A stretch of 62,666 nt of DNA, counting the filler, from Vannella sp. (taxonomy: Eukaryota): the NCBI GenBank assembly GCA_023345925.1. It is 7 parts of 7 records of this genome, joined end to end, with 100 filler letters (N's around TTAATTAATTAA, not from the genome) between each part and the next. Parts side by side here need not be neighbours in the genome. Positions count along the whole stretch, not along the records: positions 26,910 to 35,871 come from JAJQQN010001090.1; positions 35,972 to 53,611 come from JAJQQN010000763.1; 5 more parts are not named here. One strand, 5' to 3'. Below, in pieces: positions 34,281 to 44,300 of this stretch. The translations under genes were made by a program, and so were the position numbers. Each line of letters starts with the position of its first letter. Position 1 is the stretch's first letter. The notes beneath the pieces were generated by a model. The model was given only the letters and a program-made list of their open reading frames with translations, did no database searches and was not told where the DNA came from.

Positions 34281-35075
34281 TTAGAACCATCTCGAGTACA
34301 ATCGGTTCCTCAGCTCCAAGTTGGTGGTGTGAAGGACCTGCAATTCCTGGGCTTGCTTCCGTCTAAGTCGCTGTTCCTCCGCCAACGAGGCTCTGACTTG
34401 GTCTAACTCTCTTTGAAGCCCACGAACCAACTCTTCCTGTTGGCGGAGAAGCAGCGGAGTGACATCCAGAACGGTTACGGTTTGGGGAGCGTTGGGATTC
34501 ACTTTGAGGAAAGTGACTTCACACGTATCCAAGTACTCCATATTCATGCCGACCATATCGCCTGTAAGTTCTAAGGGTGGGAAGAGCTCCGTTCGAACGT
34601 ACTCGGAAAGGAACTTTTCGTCTTCGAACACGATAGAATGAGCTCCAGGAAGGTGCTTGCGCGGATGGCTGTCAAAAAGAGTGAACTGCTTTCCAGTGCG
34701 GACAAAGGAGACGATCTCAGGGCCTTTGATCATGATGAATCCCAAAACCTCCTCGCTTTGGTGGGACATCAACACCTCGAGGAGCGTGTTTGGCTGGGTC
34801 ATGACGAAGAAAGCAGGTTCTTCGTGTTGTTGGACAGCCTCTTTGTAGCGGGGAAGCTCCAGGATGTCTTGTACTTCGAGGTGTTGCTGGCTTTGATACA
34901 CGGAAATCACTTCAATCACTTCGTTCAGAAGCTTCTCGTCCACCTCTGCTCCTTTGAACACCCTCAAAACAAACTCTACTGCAGCCACACCACACGCTGA
35001 TACTCCTCCCCCACGGTATTGGGAAGCATCCACCAACGTCTCATTGACAACCCCGTCCCGCACTCCTCCTCCCAT
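34281..35075 (-). CDS. Putative cysteine protease of the herpes-tegument-like deubiquitinase (VTD/C76) type with a C-terminal coiled coil
   Basis: ASQY..GG.SACG (Gln and Cys) and FTLFDSHPR (D-x-H); intronless. Confidence 0.5.
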   Translation of the reverse strand: MGGGVRDGVVNETLVDASQYRGGGVSACGVAAVEFVLRVFKGAEVDEKLLNEVIEVISVYQSQQHLEVQDILELPRYKEAVQQHEEPAFFVMTQPNTLLEVLMSHQSEEVLGFIMIKGPEIVSFVRTGKQFTLFDSHPRKHLPGAHSIVFEDEKFLSEYVRTELFPPLELTGDMVGMNMEYLDTCEVTFLKVNPNAPQTVTVLDVTPLLLRQQEELVRGLQRELDQVRASLAEEQRLRRKQAQELQVLHTTNLELRNRLYSRWF

Positions 35076-35081
35076 CCACCA

Positions 35082-35118
35082 AAGGGAAATGAGGGAAATG
35101 AGGGAAATGAGGGAAATG
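35082..35118 (-). repeat. 4x 9-bp tandem (CATTTCCCT on the - strand) immediately upstream of the ATG at 35075
   Basis: + strand reads aagggaaat gagggaaat gagggaaat gagggaaatg. Confidence 0.85.
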
Positions 35119-35175
35119 TCCCATGATTCATTCTGATCCTCATTTTTCACCAACCAGGAGGCCGCTCGTGTGCTG

Positions 35176-35724
35176 ATGGGCGAGGACCTTCTGGTGTTCT
35201 GTGGGGAAAGAGGGGTGGGGAGATCGACCATGGCTCTTCGTCTGCGGACGGGCCATTTCCTCGACGATTATGATCCCACTGGTGAAATCGATCTCCGAGT
35301 GGGGCCTGTGAACTGCGTCATTGTTGATGAATGGGAAACGGGGAGGTACACCTCTGGGAGCGCGGAGGACAACATCCGAAAAGGCAAAGGCCTATTTCTC
35401 CTCTACAGCATTGCTTGTCGTTGCTCCTTTGAATGCATCCACGGCTTGATTGAGACGATCCTGAGAGTAACGGACGAAGATAAGATACTGATGCCTACCA
35501 TCCTGATTGGCACAAAATGTGACCTTGACGACTCCTGCCGACAAGTGACAACAAAAGAAGGGGAGGACCTCGCTGCGTCTCTGGGAATCCTTTTCTTTGA
35601 GACCTCCTCCAAAGACAACATCAACGTGACCGAGGCATTTGACGAGCTTGTTCGCATGATGATGGCTCCCCCTGCACCTGCAGAACCAGAGAAGAAGAAG
35701 AAAAGCGGATGTCTTGTTGCTTGA
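35176..35724 (+). CDS. Divergent Ras-family small GTPase with CAAX box
   Basis: GERGVGRS (G1), YDPT (effector), GTKCDL (G4), ETSSK (G5), KKKKSGCLVA. Confidence 0.85.
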   Translation: MGEDLLVFCGERGVGRSTMALRLRTGHFLDDYDPTGEIDLRVGPVNCVIVDEWETGRYTSGSAEDNIRKGKGLFLLYSIACRCSFECIHGLIETILRVTDEDKILMPTILIGTKCDLDDSCRQVTTKEGEDLAASLGILFFETSSKDNINVTEAFDELVRMMMAPPAPAEPEKKKKSGCLVA

Positions 35725-35871
35725 GAGTCCAATCAATATACTGTTATCTCCATTATTCAAGTCCATGAGCTCAGCGAGATCCCAGACGAACAAAAAACAT
35801 CAATAGAAGTCTCTTTCCTTTGCCACAAAGGCTGGGGAAGATGCCAGAATTGGGATATTGTCACTAAGAGT

Positions 35872-35971
35872 NNNNNNNNNNNNNNNNNNNNNNNNNNNNN
35901 NNNNNNNNNNNNNNNTTAATTAATTAANNNNNNNNNNNNNNNNNNNNNNNNNNNNNNNNNNNNNNNNNNNN
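35872..35971. other. Artificial contig-join spacer
   Basis: N44-TTAATTAATTAA-N44. Confidence 0.98.
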
Positions 35972-36617
35972 GGGATTGATGTTGGATCTAGTCGTTGCAT
36001 GTGGTGGTCGTGCTGCTGTCGCTTTACTTTTGGTTGGAAGAAGGGCGCCCTAACTTGGAGTTTGTCATCAGCGGCGTCGCCTTTGTTGTGCTAGCTATTG
36101 GCTTTGTGGGTGCATCAAAGAAGAAGCCTCTCCTCCTCCTCATCGTAAGTACAGCCCAACAAAGCGAATGACACTCACGTTGCCAGTTCATCATCGGTCT
36201 GGTCGTCTTCCTGCTGCTGGAGCTCCTCGCTCTTGTCTTAGCGGCATTCTTCTTCGGCTTGTTCGTGTTTGGAGTGGCAGACATCGCCACCAATTCAACA
36301 AGTGAGTCCTTTCGGTCCCAAGGGAGGACTTGTCTGACAAGCAGAAGTCGGTTTTGTGTTCCTCTCGACGTTGCTGATGGTGTTGAATGTGGTTCTGATT
36401 GTGATTATGGTACAAAAGGGCGCATCCGGTTACTTTGTGCTCACGTTTGGTTCAGATTGTGGCGATAAGGAACGCGTGGAGGCTACGGAAGATCATTATT
36501 CGCACCCGCTACAATGTTGTCCACACTTTCGATGGCGATTATGCGACTTCGGAGGAGATGCCGCCTTATCAGCCGCCAGAGATCCTCCTTAGTGACAAAG
36601 AGACTTATTCTTATTGA
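35972..36617 (+). CDS. Four-TM membrane protein, 5'-truncated, spliced
   Basis: Manual splicing across 3 short introns gives four hydrophobic segments and a cytosolic tail ending EMPPYQPPEILLSDKETYSY. Confidence 0.5.
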
Positions 36618-36683
36618 ATGCGTCCAAGGAGTGGAATTGGTGCGTTTAGAGAGAAAGAGGAAAGGGGTTGGCACTGGTCAGGT

Positions 36684-39241
36684 TCAGCAGAGGTACGCTT
36701 CGCGTTCGGCTTCTTCGTCCGTCAAGTGTCTTTGAGGAATCCGGCGGTGCATGGTGCGCTGGACTTTCTTCTCAGGATGGAGCGCTGGAGCCATCTTTCG
36801 GGCCCGAATACGCTCCCACTGGTAGCTTTGTTAGATTTTGGAATGCGAGGTAAGCTTCTTACCTTCTGGGTGAACAAAGAGGAGGCTGGCAATGGTGGAT
36901 TGCTCTTGACAAGCAAGCGCAAAGCGGCAGAAACTGTGGCATTGCGCTCGGAGGTGGAGCGCTTGTGGTCGGCAGTGCTCACAGGAATTTCTTTCTGGGC
37001 TGTATTGCACCACAGGTTGGGAGGCTTCGTTGCAGAGGGTTCACGCACTGGGGAAAGGTCCCAATCACGCACAGGCGAATTAGGGAGTGAGTCATATTCA
37101 TATTGGGTCTCCGTTGGATAGTAGGTAGGAGGAGGAATCCTTGCGGGAGATGGTACTGGGGTAGGGTGAGGAGGAGATGGAGATGGAGATTTGGAGTTTC
37201 TCCAAGACACTTCACGATGAGGACTGAATCTTCTTTTGGAACCAGAACTGATTGAATCCAAGTCTGACTGGTAAGCGGTTGTTATTTCCTTGTCTTCAAG
37301 GAACTCTTCAACCGAAAAAGAAACTTCCCTAGCAGAGGGGGCTGCACGTTTGGAGATGTTCCAAGCCCCTGGACGAGCAGGATCAGGCTTCTCTTGAATG
37401 CTCAATGGAGAATCCTCATGGAAGTCCTCCATCCGTACGGTCGGATAGATTTCCAGCTCAAGGGATGTTGCAGTGACACAAATGGCATCACCCTCCGGTG
37501 GAGATTCGGGAGACAAAGGACGACTCTGAGCACAATCTTCTGGTGGCTGCAATGGCTCTTCATCGGGCTCGACAGGAGATGCCACCTCGTGTTCAGTCTC
37601 GATGAATAGGAGAGTCTCTTCAGTCTCTGCCAAGTGTCCCGGATCCGAAGAAAAGGGAGTTTCTTGAACAAAGCGGCTTGGAGGACCATCAATAGGGGGA
37701 TAAGACAGTGGAGATGTGGGGTCCTGATCGTTTGATGTTGAAGCTTCTTCGGTGGAGCAGCGAGAGGGGGATGGAGGATTGTCGAGAATAATGTCTCTTC
37801 CAACGTCATTTTGTTCAGGCTGGGAGTCCAGTTGCTTGACATGATGCGGGCTGGTTATCTGGATGATGTGGTCTTGCTCGAGCATCTCTGTTGTTGGTGA
37901 GACATCCTCCGTAGCATAATCCTCCAACATCAACTCAGACTCGATGACTCCTGGGAGTGGTGAGGCGTTATCTTCCATCTCCATCTCTGACGATGAATCG
38001 CTCGGGAAACAGCCTTGAACTTCTGAAAGTGATTCGGGGACACTTTGGGGTGAATGAAAGATGCTTCGGGAGAGCTCTTCTACAGACGAACTGACAGGGT
38101 GATCAAACGCACCAATTTCTGGGCTTTCCACCCGGATCTCTGGGCTCACAGTTTTGTTCAATGATTGAAATGCGAGCTCTTCTTTGGAAGCTACCAGAAT
38201 GATTGGAGAGGTCGAGAGAACGACTTTCGGCACTTCCTCGTTCACATCTTCGGTTTCGGGCAGCTGGGTTGTAGGAAGTGGACAGTCATCCGAGGCAACC
38301 AGAATGATTGAAGAGCTCACGAGAATGGTTTTCGGCACTTCCTCGTTCACATCTTCGGTCTCTTGCATCGGAGTTGCAGGAAGCGGACAGACTCGTTCCT
38401 CCTCAAAATCCGCTTCGAATTCCTCAGTGAGCATTTGAGTGGCAAGGAGCCCACTATCCTTCGTTGGCTCAAACCTCCGAACGACTTCAGCGCTTGCCTT
38501 GATTCTTCCGTCAACAGACACTTCCTCTTCTCCAGCAAACAGTGGTACTGCAGCGGAATCTACTGTTGGAGTCATCACTTCGGTCATAGCAGGCCTGGTA
38601 CTATCCTCAACTAGTTGTACTGCGGAATCTACCGGTGGAATGACTGCTTCAGTGTCAGCAGGGCTTGTCTTATCCTCCAATGCCAAGGAATCTGGTTTGC
38701 TGGAGACATTGGAGATACCCTGACGTGCTTCAGATTCAACGGTTGCATCGATCATGTCTTTGCTATTTGGAATGGGATGAGGATCCATCACGGTAGAAAT
38801 AGGAGTTTCAACACCCCCTTCATTGTAAGAAGCCAGATCCGAATAGCCGTAGGCAGAGAGGCGGAGAAGAGGATCCTCGTGAAATGAGTAATCGGGCCTA
38901 ACGAGATGGTTTCGAATCTCTGCAGACTGGGCTCGTCTGCCTGAGAACGGAGGGCTGGCTTCCAGAAATCTGTTCGAGGTAGAACGGGAGGTGCTTTCGG
39001 GGGTTGGGATGGACAGACCTTCGGACCGAGAGGTGCGGAAGCGTTCGAAAGACGACTGAAAGGAGAAGGGCTCAACACGATTACCTTCAACGAGAGGATT
39101 CTGAACCGGAGAGGAACTGGACTTGCCGAAGAAAGGGCTCCGAACCGGTTGCTCCCATCGTTCCGGAGGAGTAGAGGATGCATCAAAGCGGAACGGTTCT
39201 GCTTGGCGGTGAGATGGAAAGATGGGAAACCTCTTGTCCAT
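36684..39241 (-). CDS. Large acidic, Ser/Pro-rich, probably disordered hypothetical protein
   Basis: Open frame of more than 800 codons with internal repeats; a likely last intron (GTAAG...CTAAC...CAG) gives the tail WERIRARKM...EAYLC. Confidence 0.6.
38186..38390 (-). repeat. Internal tandem duplication of about 108 nt (CPLP...ETEDVNEEVPK..L..S.IILVAS x2)
   Basis: ttcggcacttcctcgttcacatcttcggt occurs twice. Confidence 0.85.
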
Positions 39242-39676
39242 CAAAGCGGAGCAAAACAAAAGTGAGTACGGGAAGGCCCACAAACAACAGAATCCAAAAT
39301 ATCTGGATAATATCTTCCTGCTCTATCACCTCTCGCCTCTCAATTTGATTGACGGTACTTATTATTGACGGTACTTTTTATTCAGTTATCCAGAAACTTG
39401 AGTGACAATTTTATGAGCAGACTGTTCCTCCTACTCAAAGAGCGGCTTATCACTGACCCAGCACTCTGCATGGGAATCTCGATGGAGCGCAAGTCGATTG
39501 ATGATAACCAGGCCCCCGAACACGTTATTAACTGAACGAACTCGGAACCACATTCCTGATCATTCAAATGACTTGTTTCTGAGACTGGTTGAAGCGAAGC
39601 TCGGGCCCACGGGATAAATCGTTTCGAATCAACCCACGAATTTGATATTTTGGCATTTTATTCAATCTTCAGGCCG

Positions 39677-41305
39677 ATGGAGGTGCCTGGGCCATTTGCA
39701 GGTGCGATGAAGGCGGGAGGTTTCGGGTCTGACAATCTGGTCAGGAAGGCGGAAGCAGGTGAAGAGAGCGTGTAATAACTGTCGCAATGCTCACGCAGGC
39801 TGTGATAATCAGAGGCCCTGCTCCCGGTAAGTAACGGAGAGGAACCTTCTTGGCCCTTCTCATTGGGGCACTAGCTGCGCTCTTAAAGGTCTTCAACTAG
39901 AGTGTGAAGACTGGATGGGAGATGAGAGTAACATGATGGATAGCCATTGGTCTCGCCAGAGCCCAATGCGTTCAGACGCCAACCTTCCCCAGAAGCGATC
40001 TCGAGGTAGGATCGTCCTTTCCTCCTCTCCATTCATTAACCTTCAGAAGAAGACCACTTCTGTCAACATGGGTGGGATGATAATGACCCTTCTCTATTCT
40101 CCCAGCTGCTCGCAGCCGACTTTTCATACGGATCACAGGGCAGCGAGTTGCTTTCCCATTTCCCCTCGTCTGGGAGTCCTGATAGCCTCATTCTCCGAAC
40201 GTCAGAGGTAGATGAGATCTATTCGAGTATCTGCTTGGATCAAAGCCATGACGGGCACCTGCCAATGTGCAATGAATGTGCTTCATGCGAGGGAGGGCAG
40301 AAGCACGTTGATCATACAGAGCACCGCGCTCCTTCAGAGAGCACTCAAGAGATTCAAACTCTTCGCCAACAGCTTAAGAAGCTACAGGAGAGCAACGAAC
40401 AGCTTCGCACGATGATGGAGAGCACAATGAAGTACCCTCCTCCACCAATGTACCCAACCCCGCGGCCTTCCGAGAGAGGACACAGTATTCAGGAGCTTCC
40501 TACACTTCCTGATACTCTTCCACCGCACCAGATATCTTATAATAGCGATAGCCACCGGAGTGTAGGGACTTGGTACCGGTTCGTCGAACCGGCCCAAAAC
40601 CAACTTCCTGCATCCTTTTGGCTGGTCAAACGAACGGGAAGAGCAGATAGATGGACTCTCCTTGAGTGCAACCAAGCGTTCATCCAACTCATCCAACTTT
40701 CCCCAGAAAGCCTCTCCAGTGACTTCTCTGTGATGGATTTGGTTCCTACTCGCTTCAAATCGAGTACCAGCGAGCTGCTTCAACAAATCGTACATTCGCG
40801 AGTCCCAACAGCAGCTGCCAAGTCCCTTTGGAAAAAAGGAAACTCAGAGACTTGCGTAAATTCTCGCTATCGCATTTTCCAACTGCCTCGCTCTATCAAA
40901 CCTCGATCAAATCCAAAGGAGGAACCAAAAGCAGCTCAGAAAGAGTCTCAGGTTATTGCTTGTTCTGCACAGTATCCGTCCGGTGAATCTCACTGTGAGA
41001 CTACCGGGTGCGGTGCCTTTAATAAGGAATGGTCTTCAGTAGAAAGGGAAGAACCCGCTAAAGCCACTCGAACAGCACCAACGGATCAATCAAATAGGTG
41101 TGGTGATGAAGCTTTCATTAGCCACTCTGAGCGTGAACATGACCGAGTGGTCTGGTCGCAACATGAAGAAGTGGACTCTTATGACGACTACATCCAAATA
41201 GGCAACAAGATTCACGAACAAACCTTCTCCATTCAGGTGTCCACAATCCTTTCTCTTATCAGCAACTCCACCAGCTCTATAATCCGTCCTAAATCGAAGC
41301 CATGA
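39677..41305 (+). CDS. Zn(II)2Cys6 binuclear-cluster transcription factor with PAS-like region (multi-exon; 3' end uncertain)
   Basis: Spliced RKQVKRACNNCRNAHAGCDNQRPCSRCALKGLQLEC; coiled coil; PAS-like LLECNQAFIQLIQLSPESL. Confidence 0.75.
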
Positions 41306-41359
41306 TGGCCCAGATGAAAGCAATCGTTTACTTTGAGACCAGATTTCACTGTTGCTATT

Positions 41360-44300
41360 CTACAAAGAAGGGAGGCCTAATTGAAGTGAACGGCCGGTCG
41401 TTCTTGCAGTCTTAGGAGGGAAGATGAGGTACGCCACTCCTGTGGTTCCCAAATTCCTCAAAAAAGATTGATATCGTAATTGGAGCCAACTCTGAGGGAG
41501 AGGGCTCTTGAGAGAGCTTTGGAGAATGAAAATACTCTTTTCAATCTGCGCTCGCCCGTGTTGGGTCAGAAAAGATCGCTCAAGTAACAGAAAGAGTCGC
41601 TCTAAGCACTCATTCGTTGTACTTGGGCTCTGAAAAGTGGAATGAGTCAACATCAGATAAGTGCCCTCCGCACTTACCATGGACTGGGGTACAATATCCG
41701 CTAAAACGCGGGCAAAAGAGGGCAATTCATCTGCTTTGAGATGTCCCCAAGATTCCAGAGCTTCCTTTTGCTCTTCGAAGAGTTTGGAAAGTTCTCTTGA
41801 TTTGGAAGACTCGATAGAAAGCGATGAAATGGTGAGAACATCTCTAATAGCCAGCAACACGAAAGTCTCGATGACATGAGCCAGTCCAAAGTGCGTTCCG
41901 TTTGATTGTGTGGAAAGTTCAAAGTCCAATTTGAGAATCAGACGTGACCATGCCGAGAAGATGAGCATTCTAGAAGGGAAAGAAAGGGTTGGGAGAGAAG
42001 TCATCACTCGGAGAAGGTCGATGCTCACTAATTCAAGGCCTTCATGGAGGATCTGGGGAGACTGTGAAGAGTAGAACATTTGAACAAGCAACTTCAACAA
42101 GCATTGAAGGCTCAACGTTTCCTGTAGCCCTGTTACCTCTCGTAGCTGAGGAATAGCTACCCGATTCAAGAAATAAAGCCGGAATCGGGCCAGTACCGGA
42201 CCCTCCATTCCCTCCCGCTCAACCAGTCCGCAACACCAAGCTGATAAGACAGCCTCACGTTGATCTTTCAAGCTAAGTAGCAAAGACCAATAGAACTCGT
42301 AGAGCTCTTTGAACTCCTGATTCAGAGACAAATCAGACGGATAAACGTCCAGTAGACGAGCAAATGCCAACAGAGCGTTAGGCAGATAACGCAGGCGGAA
42401 CGGCAAATCCAAAGCCCGGTTCTTAAAGAAGTGAACGATTAGTGTGGGAAGAAGAGAGTGGGTGACCTGAGGCCGGTACAACAGGAAGGTACACCGAGTG
42501 AGAATCTGGCCAACAACAGAGAAGCTGAAAGCAATATGCTCCAAAAGTATGCCAGAACCCGTCAAAGAGAGCTGTTCGGGAAGCTCCTTGACAATAGAAT
42601 GGACTAAACGACGAGGAATATCGTTGAGGAGATTATGAAAGAGAGTGAGACTGCTTTGGTCGGGGACAGTGCCTTTTGGAAGCAAGTGAATGGCTAATTG
42701 CTTGAGGAAAACGTATAGAATGGCCTTTCTGTTCTTCCTGAGGAGCTCACTGCTCTCACATAAAGGGAGAATCTCTTCTGCTGGAAGAAGCTTGCCAATC
42801 CAAAGAACTGGCTGGCAAAAAGGGAGCTTCCGAAGGAGAGCATGAGACAGCAATCCTTGCAGGACTGTGTAATCAGGCTCTATCATTAGGAAGATCCACA
42901 AACGAATCAATTCCAACTCATTCAAACTGGCTGCGGCCGGAACGCTGTTGGGAAAACACTCAATCTGCCGCCGATAACAGACAATTGCATTGGCAAAGAG
43001 TCTTGCAGGAATCTGACGATAACAAGCAGGAGATGTGGGATGCAGCCAAGCACTAGCCACTCCAAAACGCCCAAAAAAGTAATTCCAATTTCCTTTTCCG
43101 TGGAAGACGATCAACGCAGCGGCCTCTCCAATACATCTACTTGCTCTCTCCATCAGTCTCAGAGTGTCCTTTGGTGGATAAGCAGAGACAGGGCCATTGT
43201 CTTTTGTGTTTCGAGGGCAAATGTGGGACAAGAGAGAAAGGAGTTTCTTGTCCATGCCACTTCCTTGAAGGATTTGGCACAAATATCTTGCCAGGAGAAG
43301 CTGTCCTTGTTGATGAGTCTGCCTCTCCTGATGCTCTTTAATTGAAGCTTGAATCTCCTCTTCTGTGGGCCATTCTTCATCTTCGAATGAGACAGCGACA
43401 TTGACATTCTCCGTTTGAGTATTAGTCATCACAGGAGGACTTCCAACAGTTCCAAACGCACTAGAAAGAAGCTTGCATGTGAGATATTGAAGGGAAACTG
43501 ATATTTTTGAGGGGTTTGAAGAGGAGTTGAAGCTTTCCAGTAGAAAAGGAAGAACCGGCGATATCAAAAGGGAGTGCATTGGCAAGAGAGATGCCTTCCC
43601 CGATTCACTAGCCCGCTCGTATCCCATTAATATACATTTGATGGTGAACGCCACCATCCTTTCGTTTCCTGCCTGCTCCTGAGGGGATGTCTGGGACATT
43701 GCAGAGTTCTCAAATTGGGCAATCACTTGCTGTAGGAACGGGTACAGAGCCTTTGCCACCACCAAGTAAGGCTCTTCTAAGCCTTTTCCGAGCTTCAATA
43801 GAAGCATCTGTTCGCAACTCAACACATTCGAACCAATCTCCTCGCTTAGAAGTGATTCTTGAAGAGAAGGAAACCCCTTTCTGTGGCGTTGCTTGATAAG
43901 AGCGGCTGTGTACAATCCTTCCACGAGTAACTGCTGCGCAGCCACTGAGCTCTTCTTGAAGTCTATCAAACTCCCCATCCTTTGAATGAGAGAAGTGAAC
44001 TGGGAGGAATCCCCAAAGAAGGGCGCAAAGGACAGCAGAAACGCAATAGAGTTCCGCAGAGGAGCCAAATAGCAGCGCGAAGAGAACACCAACGCGCTTT
44101 CATCAATCAATTTGGTCTGCTGCTGTTTCGTCAGCAACTTACCAAAGAACCGAGAAGAGAGTTTCATCATCCTTTTAGACGAGTCTTCGTGTTGTAAAGT
44201 GTCCACCATCCAGTTGTTCAACAATTTGAGGAAGACTGCGAAGTCTCCTTCACTTTCAACGCGACCGTTAAGCTTTCCGGCGACTCCCAAGCCCCGTTGA

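Noticed and set aside
35076..35231. ORF-track extension with ISLISLISL / REMREMREM peptide repeats
   Set aside because: Translation of the non-coding 9-bp repeat; the extension would overlap the Ras gene
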